The notes below the pieces were generated by a model. That model worked only from the letters and a program-made list of their open reading frames with translations. It was not told the DNA's origin and ran no database searches. The position numbers and the translations under genes are program-made. This document shows positions 1 through 9,915 of a stretch of 64,000 bases of DNA, one piece after another; within the stretch, counting starts at the first letter, position 1; every line of letters begins with the position of its first letter. The DNA is from an uncultured Candidatus Saccharibacteria bacterium (lineage in GTDB: Bacteria; Patescibacteriota; Minisyncoccia; Phycocordibacterales; UBA9973). Where the stretch lies: contig CAYNZJ010000001.1 of assembly GCA_964401705.1 (NCBI GenBank), forward strand, positions 3,648 to 67,647. Reading direction: 5' to 3'.

Positions 1-1267
1 TTTAATGTATGTATATTATGATATTGGTGGTAAATATATAGTAGATTCAATGGATATGTTAAATGGTGGTGAATTTTTATATGAAAATATATTTACTGAA
101 CAATGTTATAAATGTAAATATTCGCAAAATTCAATAGAATGTTCAGAATGTAATTTTATATATGATTGTAAAAATTGCATAGAGTGTTTTATGTGTACTG
201 GTTTAAGAAATAAGAGATTTTACTTTAAAAACAAAAAGTATTCAAAAGAAGAGTATTATAAAATACTTGAATCTTATTCTTTAAATACAAGAAATGGTGT
301 TAAAAAAGCTCGTATTGAGTTTGAGGAAATTAAAAAAAAACAAATAAGAAGATGTTTCAATATTATTAATTCATACAATTGTAAAGGAGATTTATTGTTT
401 AATGGTAAAAATTCACAATTTTGTTTTAATGTACAAAGGCCAGAGGATTCTAAATGGATAGAAAATTCTGATACTCCAAAGGATTGTTATGATTTATCCA
501 CGGGCGGGGAATTAAATTTTTGTTATGAAGGAATAACACCAGATCATTCATATAAAAACTTATTTGGAATATTTTCTTGGAAAAACCAAGAAGTTGAATT
601 TGCTCACCATTGCCATTCTTCTAAATATTTATTTGCTTGTGCAGGATTAAGAAATTCTGAATATTCTATTTTTAATAAGAGATATTCTAAAGAAGAATAT
701 TTTGAAATGATAGAAAAAATCAAAAAACATATGGATGATATGCCTTATGTAGACAAAAACGGGATGGTTTATAAATATGGTGAATTTTTACCAGCAGAGC
801 TTTCTTATTTTGGTTATAATGAAACCACCGCTAATCTACATTTTCCTTTAAATAAAAATCAGGCATTGGAGAAAAATTTTTCTTGGTCAGATTTAAATAA
901 AAAAACAGTTGGCCAAGAAACCTTGGAGCAAAAAGACATACCAGATGATATTAATAATGTTGACGAAAAAATTTGTAACGAAATTCTTAAGTGTGTATCT
1001 TGCGATAGAAATTATAAAATAATTTATAATGAATTTGAGTTTTATAAACGCTTGAATATACCAATACCAGAAAAATGTTTTTACTGTAGACAAGAAGACC
1101 GATTTAAATTAAAGAATCCATATATTCTTTGGGGTAGAGAATGTATGTGTAATAAGAGTATTCATGGACACGAAGGTATTTGTACTAATCAATTCGAAAC
1201 TTCATACTCCCCAGATAGACCAGAGATAGTTTACTGCGAAAAGTGTTACCAGCAGGAAATTGTTTAA
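1..1267 (+). CDS. Cys-rich repeat / zinc-ribbon protein, CPR family (5' partial), paralog 1
   Basis: Many CxxC repeats; C-terminus YSPDRPEIVYCEKCYQQEIV shared with the next two ORFs; lacks the N-terminus seen in the paralogs. Confidence 0.75.
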   Translation, partial: LMYVYYDIGGKYIVDSMDMLNGGEFLYENIFTEQCYKCKYSQNSIECSECNFIYDCKNCIECFMCTGLRNKRFYFKNKKYSKEEYYKILESYSLNTRNGVKKARIEFEEIKKKQIRRCFNIINSYNCKGDLLFNGKNSQFCFNVQRPEDSKWIENSDTPKDCYDLSTGGELNFCYEGITPDHSYKNLFGIFSWKNQEVEFAHHCHSSKYLFACAGLRNSEYSIFNKRYSKEEYFEMIEKIKKHMDDMPYVDKNGMVYKYGEFLPAELSYFGYNETTANLHFPLNKNQALEKNFSWSDLNKKTVGQETLEQKDIPDDINNVDEKICNEILKCVSCDRNYKIIYNEFEFYKRLNIPIPEKCFYCRQEDRFKLKNPYILWGRECMCNKSIHGHEGICTNQFETSYSPDRPEIVYCEKCYQQEIV

Positions 1268-1281
1268 TGGAAAGTATAAAT

Positions 1282-3042
1282 ATGGAAAACCAAATGAAAC
1301 AATGTCAGTCGTGTAAAAATAGCTTTGTAATAGAAAGTGAGGATTTTGATTTTTATGCGAAGATTGCGGTCCCAGCACCGACATTTTGTGTCGATTGTCG
1401 TAGTGTTCAAAGATTTGCAACAAGGAATGTAAAGTCCCTATATCGTCGAGAATGTGATAGTTGCCATAAAGTGGTGATATCTCGATTTTCTATAAATAAC
1501 CCTGCCACTATGTATTGTAAGGACTGCTGGTGGGGAGAATCTTGGGATGGTACTGATTATGGAATGGAATATGATTTTTCAAAGCCATTTTTTGAACAAT
1601 TTTATAAACTTTTAAATAAAGTGCCACACAGTGCAACACTAAATACCAAAATGTTAAATAGTGATTATTGCAATATGGAAAGTGAAGACAAAAATTGTTA
1701 TTTAACTTTTGGTGGTCATTATAATGAAGAATGTTTATATACTGAATATTCTATTCATGGTAAAGAAGTAATGGATGCTTATTGGTCGTTTAATTGTGAA
1801 CAATTATATGAAACTTTAATTACAGAAAAATGTTTTAGGACACTATATTCCGAGCAGTGTTATGATTGTTTAGATACTTATTTTTCGTATGATTGTCATA
1901 ATTGTTCCAATGTTTTTGGTTGTGCAGGACTGCGTAATAAATCATATTGTATTTTTAATAAACAATATTCTCGTGAAGATTATTTACAATTTATCAAAGA
2001 TGCCAATTTAGCTTCATATAGAATGGTTCAAAATTTCTTAAAAAAGACTAAAGAATTTTGGAATACCATTCCACATAAATCTGCCATTATACATCAATCA
2101 AATAATGTAACCGGTAATTATATTGCTAATTCAAATAATTCAAAAAATATTTGGCAGTCAGACGCAGTAGAAAATTTAAAAAATGCATATATTACTGCAT
2201 GGTCTAAAGATTGCCAAGATGAAACATCAGCCGGTGGTAATGAACTTTGTTATATGACTGGCCATGGTGGCGGATTGTATAATTGTGCATTTATAATGTA
2301 TTCATTTAATACAGATATGCAAAGCTCTAAGCATACTCTCAATTCCCAATATGGTTATACTATTTTAAATAGTAGTGATACTTTTGGTTGTGTTAGTTTA
2401 CGAAATAAAAAATATTGTATTTTAAACAAACAATACACCAAAGAACAGTATGACGAATTATTACCTAAAATAAAACAACATATGAATGATATGCCGTATT
2501 TGTCACCAGTAAATGGTTTTGTTTATAAATATGGAGATTTTTTCCCAAATGAGTATAGTTTGTTTTCATACAACGAAAGTGTTGCTCAAAATTTTTACCC
2601 TAAAACAAAAGAAGAAGTAGAGCGTCTTGGCTTTATTTGGCGAGAAGAAATAGAAAATGAGTACAATTTTACTGAATATATAATTCCAGACAATATAAAT
2701 GAAGTAGGGGATGAAATAATAAACCAGGTTTTAAAATGTGAACAAAGTGGTAAAGCTTATAGAATAACAGAGCAAGAATTAGATTTTTATAGAAAAATGA
2801 ATATTCCAATTCCACATATTGCCCCAATGGAAAGGATTAAAAATCGAATCAATAAATTGTTACCATTTAAATTATTTGATAGAACCTGTCAATGTATGGG
2901 TAAAAATGATGGAATTTATAATAATACAGGAACTCATTTTCACGAAGAAAATCCTTGTGGTAAAGTTATCCAAACCCCATATAATCCTGATAGCCCCGAA
3001 TTAATTTATTGTGAAGATTGTTATAAACAAGAAATGATATAA
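1282..3042 (+). CDS. Cys-rich repeat / zinc-ribbon protein, paralog 2
   Basis: MENQxKQCQxC start matches paralog 3; same architecture; alternative ATG at 1267 overlaps the upstream stop. Confidence 0.75.
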   Translation: MENQMKQCQSCKNSFVIESEDFDFYAKIAVPAPTFCVDCRSVQRFATRNVKSLYRRECDSCHKVVISRFSINNPATMYCKDCWWGESWDGTDYGMEYDFSKPFFEQFYKLLNKVPHSATLNTKMLNSDYCNMESEDKNCYLTFGGHYNEECLYTEYSIHGKEVMDAYWSFNCEQLYETLITEKCFRTLYSEQCYDCLDTYFSYDCHNCSNVFGCAGLRNKSYCIFNKQYSREDYLQFIKDANLASYRMVQNFLKKTKEFWNTIPHKSAIIHQSNNVTGNYIANSNNSKNIWQSDAVENLKNAYITAWSKDCQDETSAGGNELCYMTGHGGGLYNCAFIMYSFNTDMQSSKHTLNSQYGYTILNSSDTFGCVSLRNKKYCILNKQYTKEQYDELLPKIKQHMNDMPYLSPVNGFVYKYGDFFPNEYSLFSYNESVAQNFYPKTKEEVERLGFIWREEIENEYNFTEYIIPDNINEVGDEIINQVLKCEQSGKAYRITEQELDFYRKMNIPIPHIAPMERIKNRINKLLPFKLFDRTCQCMGKNDGIYNNTGTHFHEENPCGKVIQTPYNPDSPELIYCEDCYKQEMI

Positions 3043-3050
3043 TCAAGTAT

Positions 3051-4754
3051 ATGGAAAACCAAACAAAACAATGTCAATTTTGTAAGAATGATTTCGTTAT
3101 TGAAACAGAGGATTTTGCATTTTATGATAGGTTAAATGTCCCAGCACCAACTTGGTGCCCACAGTGTCGTTTTCAAAGAAGACTTAGTTTTTTAAACTGG
3201 CATAGTTTGTATAAAAGAAAGTGTGACAAATGTGATGCATCAATGATATCAGTACATCACGAGGACAAACCCTTCAGAGTATTCTGTAATCCATGTTACT
3301 GGAAAGACGATTGGGATGGTACCGAATATGCTATGGACTATGATCCTAATCGCAATTTCTTTGAACAAATGCTAGAACTTCGAAATAAATCAAATTATAT
3401 GGGGCAAGAAACATTATATTCTACTTTACAAAATACCCCATACGCTAATGCAGCTGCATACCAAAAGGATTGTTTTATGATATTTAATGCCGACTATGGC
3501 GAGCGTTGTGTATATAGTACATCTTATGCAAATTTAACAGAAAGTTTAGACACTTATAGGACAAATAGCAGTGAACTTTGTTTTGAATGTGTTGAAGCTT
3601 ATAAATGTTTTAAATGTATTTATAGTGAAAATATAGAATCATGCTCTAATGTAATGTTTTCAAAAAATTTATCTGGTTGTACTGATTGTTTCGGTTGTAT
3701 TAATTTGCGTAATAAAAATTATTATATTTTTAATCAAGAATATAGTAGGGAAGAATACAAAGAAAAAATAAAAAGTTTTAATTTAGACACACAAGATGGG
3801 GTAATAAATATGCTTGAAAAAGTTAAAAACTTTTATTTAACCCAACCATATCGTGCAACTATTGGTAATAGTATGAATTTAAATACAACAGGGGATATGG
3901 TATATGAATGTAAAAATGTCAAAAATGCTTACCAGGTTAGTAATACTGAAGATTCTAGATATATTCAAATGTTAATAATGGGGCCAACGAAGGATTGTTA
4001 TGACTATACTGTATGGGGTTATGGTGTAGAGAAATTATATGAATGCTTAACAGTAGGTGAAGGAGCATACAATACTCATTTTTCTGCACAATGTTGGCCA
4101 GCTGCGATTGAAAATGAATATTGTATGTACACAATACAATCTAAAAATTGTTTTGGTTGTGTTAATTTAAAAAGAAAACAATATTGTATTTTAAATAAAG
4201 AATACAGTAAAGAAGAATATGAAAAACTTCGTATCCAAATAATTGATGATATAAAAAATAATCCCTACATAGATAAAAATGGCCGAAAATGGAGTTATGG
4301 AGAATTTTTACCAATAGATTTATCATCTTACTCTTATAATGAAACTGTAGCTAATTCTATATTCCCACAAAATAAAGATTCAATAATAAATCAGGGTTAT
4401 TCTTGGTACGAAACAAAAGAAAATAATTATACTACGACTTTAAATAAAAACGATATCCCAAAAACTATTAATGAAACAACTGACGAGATTTTGGTAGAAG
4501 TTATGGAATGCAGTACTTGCCATAGAGCTTATAAAATAAATGAACAAGAATTATATTTATTACATAAACTAGGAATGCCAATACCATATGACTGCTGGAA
4601 ATGTCGACAAAACCGTAGATTTAAAATCATAAATCCACCAAAACTTTACAATAGAAACTGTGCTAAATGTAATAACGAAATCATTACATCTTATGCTCCA
4701 GATAGGCCAGAAATAGTTTATTGTGAAAAGTGCTACCAACAAGAAATAGTTTAG
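3051..4754 (+). CDS. Cys-rich repeat / zinc-ribbon protein, paralog 3
   Basis: 567 aa ORF with N- and C-terminal CxxC ribbons and CFGCxxLxxKxYCIxNxxYSxEEY repeats. Confidence 0.75.
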   Translation: MENQTKQCQFCKNDFVIETEDFAFYDRLNVPAPTWCPQCRFQRRLSFLNWHSLYKRKCDKCDASMISVHHEDKPFRVFCNPCYWKDDWDGTEYAMDYDPNRNFFEQMLELRNKSNYMGQETLYSTLQNTPYANAAAYQKDCFMIFNADYGERCVYSTSYANLTESLDTYRTNSSELCFECVEAYKCFKCIYSENIESCSNVMFSKNLSGCTDCFGCINLRNKNYYIFNQEYSREEYKEKIKSFNLDTQDGVINMLEKVKNFYLTQPYRATIGNSMNLNTTGDMVYECKNVKNAYQVSNTEDSRYIQMLIMGPTKDCYDYTVWGYGVEKLYECLTVGEGAYNTHFSAQCWPAAIENEYCMYTIQSKNCFGCVNLKRKQYCILNKEYSKEEYEKLRIQIIDDIKNNPYIDKNGRKWSYGEFLPIDLSSYSYNETVANSIFPQNKDSIINQGYSWYETKENNYTTTLNKNDIPKTINETTDEILVEVMECSTCHRAYKINEQELYLLHKLGMPIPYDCWKCRQNRRFKIINPPKLYNRNCAKCNNEIITSYAPDRPEIVYCEKCYQQEIV

Positions 4755-5440
4755 AAATCTATTTCTTGTTCAGTTTTATTTAATTCGTCTATAGTATTAA
4801 TCTGATGCCAATGTTTTAAAATTATATAAGAAACTTTAACATTTGCTCCAAAAAGTGTATGCGGTATTCCAGCTTCGTCTCCAACATAAACTGGTTTATA
4901 ATTTAAAAAATCTGATGTTAATGTATAAGCTCCAGAAAAACAAATTACTGGTTTTTCTCTTTCTTCTTTTTTAATAAATCTAAAATTTGTGATTATTTTT
5001 GTATTTTCATTAATATCACAAGTTCTATATCTTTCATTTAAAATTTTATAACTAAGACCATAAGCAGGGGAATCTATTTTAATTAGTTCTTCTAAATCTT
5101 CTTTTAAAAAAATATCATCCCCATTTAAAACTAAAAATTTATCTTCATTTTTTATAACCTCACGACCAGCCATTAGTGCGTGATATGTGCCCTTGGTCAT
5201 TTCATCTTGAAATAAAAATTTAACTTTTTTACTTATTGCATTTTCTTGTAAAAATTTTTCAAACAAATCTAAATGTTTTTGTTTTATAACAATAAAAACT
5301 TCACTAATACTATCCGGCAAGGAAGAGAATATGTAAGATAAAATAGGCCGATCTTTTATTAAAATAAGTGGCTTTGGGGTATTATCAGTTAATGGTTTTA
5401 ATCGTTCACCATTACCGGCACATAGAATAAAAGCTTTCAT
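4751..5440 (-). CDS. Sugar-phosphate nucleotidyltransferase family protein
   Basis: ILCAGNGERLKPLTDNTPKPL signature; LNGDD motif. Confidence 0.85.
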   Translation of the reverse strand: MKAFILCAGNGERLKPLTDNTPKPLILIKDRPILSYIFSSLPDSISEVFIVIKQKHLDLFEKFLQENAISKKVKFLFQDEMTKGTYHALMAGREVIKNEDKFLVLNGDDIFLKEDLEELIKIDSPAYGLSYKILNERYRTCDINENTKIITNFRFIKKEEREKPVICFSGAYTLTSDFLNYKPVYVGDEAGIPHTLFGANVKVSYIILKHWHQINTIDELNKTEQEIDF

Positions 5441-5501
5441 TGGGCGAGTATATCATATAAAAAAACCCTTGTATATACTTTAAAATAAGTAACTACAAGG
5501 G

Positions 5502-6011
5502 CTAAAAGGTATATCCGTTCCAGCGAACTGGTTTGTTTAACAAACCACTGCGTATTCCATTTAGGAATTTCAACTTAAGTCGAATACTTCCTTCGTGGAT
5601 TAATTTTTGTTCAGCCATTTCGATAATCTGGGATAATGTTTTTATTTTTATCTCAGAAACCTCTAATGGGTCATTTGTTTTTAGTATGCTTGGCAAGTTG
5701 CAAATTTGAGCAATATATAAATGATTGTAATTAAATCCATTAGGTCTAATTTTTTTATAACAACCAAAATATGCAAAATTAAGTTGTATCCCAACTTCTT
5801 CAAGGCAAACTTCGCGATTTATCGCACTACGATGATGTTCATTTACATTTACACCACCACCCGGAAGACCACACATAAGTATACCGTCTCCTCGTCCTCG
5901 ATCATTATAATCTTGAACGAGTAAAAATTTTTGTTGAAATAAATCATGGCTGTTTTCTCCAACCATAATTATACCCTGAACACCGTCAGGAAGTTTGGTT
6001 AGATTTTCCAT
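5502..6011 (-). CDS. NUDIX hydrolase
   Basis: Nudix box LPGGGVNVNEHHRSAINREVCLEEVG. Confidence 0.75.
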   Translation of the reverse strand: MENLTKLPDGVQGIIMVGENSHDLFQQKFLLVQDYNDRGRGDGILMCGLPGGGVNVNEHHRSAINREVCLEEVGIQLNFAYFGCYKKIRPNGFNYNHLYIAQICNLPSILKTNDPLEVSEIKIKTLSQIIEMAEQKLIHEGSIRLKLKFLNGIRSGLLNKPVRWNGYTF

Positions 6012-6061
6012 GTTTTTTAAAATTTAAATGAATATATCATATACGATATATTTAATCAATA

Positions 6062-6095
6062 AATAAAATCCCCTAAATAAATAGGGGATTTTATT
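6062..6095. terminator. Intrinsic terminator hairpin after rpmA
   Basis: AATAAAATCCCCT...AGGGGATTTTATT inverted repeat. Confidence 0.7.
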
Positions 6096-6100
6096 ATAAG

Positions 6101-6373
6101 TTAATCTATATGAACCTGTTTTCGGACTGTTTTAGAACCATCAAAATTGTTTTTCCTTTTGTTGGTAAATTTTACTGTACCATCTTTAAGAGCAAACAAT
6201 GTATGATCACGCCCTATACCAACGTTATTTCCAGGGAGTATTTTTGTTCCGCGTTGACGGATAATAATATTTCCAGCAATAACTTTTTCTCCAGCGTATT
6301 TTTTAGTACCTAGATACTTTGGTTTTGAGTCCTTCAGGTTCTTGGCGGAACCACCGGCTTTCCTATGTGCCAT
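6101..6373 (-). CDS. rpmA: 50S ribosomal protein L27
   Basis: MAHRKAGGS...[11 protein letters not shown]...GRDHTLFAL. Confidence 0.97.
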   Translation of the reverse strand: MAHRKAGGSAKNLKDSKPKYLGTKKYAGEKVIAGNIIIRQRGTKILPGNNVGIGRDHTLFALKDGTVKFTNKRKNNFDGSKTVRKQVHID

Positions 6374-6462
6374 ATTTTATATTTAAATTACTTATAAAAG
6401 ATATTTATACCCACGTGACAGGTAGATACTTTTTACTTTTATATTGTATAATAGGTAACATA

Positions 6463-6951
6463 ATGAATATAACAGAAATAAGCTATAAAATCAAGGCTTG
6501 GGTTCAAAGCCAATTTGGTCAAACCATAATAATTCTATTAATAATTATTATCTCCAATCTTATTAGCTTTAACATAGGTAAATCCTTAAATAATCCTAAT
6601 AATGAAGATTATTTAAACTCTGATAGTTATGAACAATATAGTCTTTCAGATGATACTAGATACCCAAATGGTAGCTTAACAGCCGCATTATATAATAGCT
6701 CTTTAAAGGCTCAAAATGGCTCTACAGGCTCAAATATAGCTCAAAATGGGGAAGTAGTAGGCCCTAATTTAAATACCCTGGATTTACCGACTTCCCGCTA
6801 TGTTGCCAGTAAAAATGGCCGAGTCTACTACTTTACCTGGTGTGCTGGTGGTAAAAATATAGATCCTGAAAAAAGAGTTTATTTTAATTCGGCACAAGAT
6901 GCTAGGGCAGCAGGATACAAAGCATCAACCGCATGTGCGGGGCTAGACTAA
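6463..6951 (+). CDS. Membrane-anchored protein with Ada-like metal-binding C-terminal domain
   Basis: N-terminal TM helix; YVASKNGRVYYFTWC...FNSAQDARAAGYKASTAC; start reassigned to ATG 6463. Confidence 0.65.
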   Translation: MNITEISYKIKAWVQSQFGQTIIILLIIIISNLISFNIGKSLNNPNNEDYLNSDSYEQYSLSDDTRYPNGSLTAALYNSSLKAQNGSTGSNIAQNGEVVGPNLNTLDLPTSRYVASKNGRVYYFTWCAGGKNIDPEKRVYFNSAQDARAAGYKASTACAGLD

Positions 6952-6974
6952 GCTTTATTTATAGATTTATGTAT

Positions 6975-7002
6975 ATGTCGCACAACATACTTTGTCAGAG
7001 GA
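6975..7002. repeat. attL, dif-like hybrid site
   Basis: ATGTCGCACAA-CATACT-TTGTCAGAGGA; left arm and 4 spacer bases match the right-end site. Confidence 0.7.
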
Positions 7003-7103
7003 CAATGTCGCAACATGTCGAAGTTTTGCGACGAACGAATCGAGGCTTGTGAAGAATCATAAATCTAAACTGCAATTATTAATAAATTGATTTTCAATTT
7101 TAT

Positions 7104-7307
7104 ATGCCACAGTATTTAGGAATCTTTTCGCGCCACGATTATACAGACAATGAAGGTAACGCTCAAACCAGATGGTATAAGGCCGGTTACATGAAATTAA
7201 CAGAAAACGGAGGTAAGTTTTTACGCTTCTTCCATCAACCACAAACAGATTTTTTCTGTTTCGAAGGAGAACAAACACCATTGCCCGAAATTCATTTAGA
7301 AGACTAA
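7104..7307 (+). CDS. Small hypothetical protein of the element
   Basis: 67 aa ORF, first gene of a + strand run. Confidence 0.55.
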   Translation: MPQYLGIFSRHDYTDNEGNAQTRWYKAGYMKLTENGGKFLRFFHQPQTDFFCFEGEQTPLPEIHLED

Positions 7308-7319
7308 AGACAATTTTGT

Positions 7320-7823
7320 ATGTCTTTAGAATATACTACACCTGTTCCCAACAGGGTATTCGACTTTGACCTTGCAAAACTTAAAGAAGTTGAATTAAAA
7401 GTTCTGATGGTGGTCATTAGAAAAACCCACGGTTGGGTTGAACAAAAAAACCATCGGCAAAGGCGACAAATTCAACGCATTACAATAAATACTTTCGAAC
7501 TACTAACTGGAAGTTCAAGAAGAAGTATTTCAGGGGCTATTCAATCTCTGATTCAAAAAGAGCTTATCGTGGTCTATGACTATAACGGTAAGGTCTTGAA
7601 AGAAGCGGATGACCGAAAAGGAAAATACCATTTGTATTTTAAACCCAATATTCCACCTGTGGAAAACCACATACCTAGGCAAAATTTGCTCTTACCCTAC
7701 GAAAAATTCTCTCAGCAACCAAAGCAAAATTTGCTCAATACTATTAAAGAAAATATGGCAAAGAAAAATGAAAATATAAATTCATATCATATTAGCCACC
7801 ACATTAAAAATTACAGCCTATGA
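7320..7823 (+). CDS. Phage/plasmid replication-initiator-like wHTH protein
   Basis: TTPVPNxVFD...ELKVLMVVIRKTHGW...TGSSRRSISGAIQSLIQKELI resembles lambda-O/replisome organizer N-termini. Confidence 0.6.
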   Translation: MSLEYTTPVPNRVFDFDLAKLKEVELKVLMVVIRKTHGWVEQKNHRQRRQIQRITINTFELLTGSSRRSISGAIQSLIQKELIVVYDYNGKVLKEADDRKGKYHLYFKPNIPPVENHIPRQNLLLPYEKFSQQPKQNLLNTIKENMAKKNENINSYHISHHIKNYSL

Positions 7824-7999
7824 CCCAAGACAACCCATTTGGAAATGAACACCGTAAAAATGTAATCGAAAAATTAATGAATGATGGATTAGTTAAGCGA
7901 ATCACAATCATAGAAGGGAACTATCCATCCCAAAAACAACAGCGAGATTTTTTAGACCGAATAATGGATTGGCTCAAAGGAAAGCGAAAGCATTACTAA
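7820..7999 (+). CDS. Hypothetical protein (59 aa, not in ORF track)
   Basis: ATGA overlap with the upstream stop; MTQDNPFGNEHRK...KRKHY read by hand. Confidence 0.5.
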   Translation: MTQDNPFGNEHRKNVIEKLMNDGLVKRITIIEGNYPSQKQQRDFLDRIMDWLKGKRKHY

Positions 8000-8019
8000 C
8001 CCATAATCTCACATAAACA

Positions 8020-8367
8020 ATGTCTACAAAACAAAAACAATCCAATAAACCAATAAGTAACTGGCTACTCACTGAAAATGGAGTATACCTACTTATTGGC
8101 GATGGATACCGAATAACTTACAACCCTTCAACCTTATATACCTTCAACCTTAAAAAAGCTAAAGACCCACTCTTTCAATTTGAAGAGGATGAAGAAACAG
8201 AAGAAACTGCACTTTACATCAACGATACAGATTCATATCTAATCTTGGATGGAGACTTTCGAGCAGTATATGATGAATGTCAAAGTGTTGAAGAGTGCTT
8301 AGCTGTCTTCCGAAAATATGCTCCTTGGTACCGTTCAAAGTTCTGCTCCGGTCCAGATTCCATCTGA
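8020..8367 (+). CDS. Hypothetical protein
   Basis: 115 aa ORF in a co-oriented run. Confidence 0.55.
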   Translation: MSTKQKQSNKPISNWLLTENGVYLLIGDGYRITYNPSTLYTFNLKKAKDPLFQFEEDEETEETALYINDTDSYLILDGDFRAVYDECQSVEECLAVFRKYAPWYRSKFCSGPDSI

Positions 8368-8391
8368 TTATAAGTATGTTAAAATAGAACT

Positions 8392-8781
8392 ATGTATTCA
8401 AAAGACTATGAGAAATGGAACATTTTAAAACAAAACCTTAATGCTATAAAAGGTCAAACCCTTCGTGTAAAAGAAGGGGAGATTTGGTGGTGTGCTATCG
8501 GCGTAAACATAGGAAATGAAATTGATGGTAAAAATGAGTTATACGAAAGGCCGGTAATTGTAATTAAAAAATTCCCTAATAACAGTTTTTTGGTAGTACC
8601 CCTTTCTAAAACAGAACGCGAACATCAATTTGCTATTCCTTTCGCCATCCAATCAAATCTATCTAAAGCTATAATCTCCCAAGTTAGAGTTGTAAGTCCA
8701 AAACGATTGATACGTCGGATGCACAAACTTTCTTCCAAGAAACTACTGGCAATCACCAATCACTTAAAGCGCATGATATAA
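8392..8781 (+). CDS. PemK/MazF-family toxin, no adjacent protein antitoxin
   Basis: GEIWWCAIGVNIGNEIDGK...RPVIVIKK...VVPLS...SQVRVVSPKRL. Confidence 0.8.
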   Translation: MYSKDYEKWNILKQNLNAIKGQTLRVKEGEIWWCAIGVNIGNEIDGKNELYERPVIVIKKFPNNSFLVVPLSKTEREHQFAIPFAIQSNLSKAIISQVRVVSPKRLIRRMHKLSSKKLLAITNHLKRMI

Positions 8782-8834
8782 AAAATCGGCTCCCCACAAT
8801 GTGAGGAGCCTCGGGGGCCTGACGGCCACTGGTA
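8781..8834 (-). ncRNA. Putative small RNA convergent with the mazF-like gene
   Basis: TATACT at 8840-8845 (minus strand), GGCC-GTCA-GGCC hairpin, 10-bp hairpin and U-tract. Confidence 0.4.
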
Positions 8835-8971
8835 AACATAGTATACACCCTTTCAATGAAATTGAAAAGTGGTACTGTGGAAATCTCAACAAACACTAGC
8901 TAACTCTAAACTGGCTGTAAGCCGAAGAATCTGCTATTCATAAAATTTCAAACAACTTAATATTTTAAAAA

Positions 8972-9859
8972 ATGGAAACAAATTCAAAAACAAAAATCGA
9001 CATCTACGAAATGGTAACAGATCGTATTATTCAAAAACTCGAAGAGGGAATTATCCCTTGGCAACAACCCTGGACAGAAGCAGGCCTTCCTAAGAATTTA
9101 ATAACTCAGAAAGCCTACACCGGAATTAATGTCCTTCTCCTTGCATCTATGGGATTTGCTCGTAACTACTTTCTAACCTTCAAACAAATCCAAGAATTAG
9201 GAGGTTCTGTAAACAAAGGCGAAAAATCCATCCCAGTTATTTTTTGGAAGTGGTCTGAAAAAGAGGATCCGCAAACCAAAGAACTAAAAAAAGTCTCAAT
9301 GATACGGTACTATACTGTATTCAATGTAGACCAATGCACCGGAATACCCGAAGACAAGATACCTAAAGTTGTAAATAACAACTGTGAGATTGAGATGGGA
9401 GAGCTTGAAGCTATTATTGAAGAAATGCCAAACAAGCCACTAGTTCGCCATCTTTCATCTCAGGCCTATTATCACCCCAAGGAAGACTATATCAGTATGC
9501 CAATGATGAATGTTTTCAAAGATGCTGAAAGCTATTGGGGAACTCTATTCCATGAACTGATTCACTCTACCGGTCACCAAAGCAGACTTAACCGTAAAGA
9601 AATTGTTGAATGGACTAACTTTGGTTCTGAATCTTACTCCCAAGAAGAACTAGTTGCAGAAATCGGTGCTTGTTATCTTAAATCCCATTGTGGTATTGAT
9701 ACCAAACACTTTGAAAACAATGTTGCCTATATCCAAAACTGGCTCACTAAACTAAAGAATGACAAGCGGTTTATAATCTTCGCCAGTGCTAAAGCACAAA
9801 GGGCGGTGGATTATATATTACAGAAGGTACCTGTTGAAAAAGAGACAGTAGAATTTTAG
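8972..9859 (+). CDS. ardC: ArdC-family antirestriction protein (ssDNA-binding plus zincin-like domain)
   Basis: IIPWQQPW, YTGINVLLL, LTFKQ, YYTVFNVDQ, HELIH, EELVAEIGA. Confidence 0.88.
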   Translation: METNSKTKIDIYEMVTDRIIQKLEEGIIPWQQPWTEAGLPKNLITQKAYTGINVLLLASMGFARNYFLTFKQIQELGGSVNKGEKSIPVIFWKWSEKEDPQTKELKKVSMIRYYTVFNVDQCTGIPEDKIPKVVNNNCEIEMGELEAIIEEMPNKPLVRHLSSQAYYHPKEDYISMPMMNVFKDAESYWGTLFHELIHSTGHQSRLNRKEIVEWTNFGSESYSQEELVAEIGACYLKSHCGIDTKHFENNVAYIQNWLTKLKNDKRFIIFASAKAQRAVDYILQKVPVEKETVEF

Positions 9860-9915
9860 TTATTTAAATTAAAAAACAAACCCTGTGGTTGACATAGGGT
9901 TTTTATTTGAAATGG

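Noticed and set aside
1200-4754. Near-identical 3' ends of Cys-rich paralogs as a DGR template/variable repeat pair
   Set aside because: Differences are synonymous third-position changes, not adenine-specific, and no reverse transcriptase is in the window
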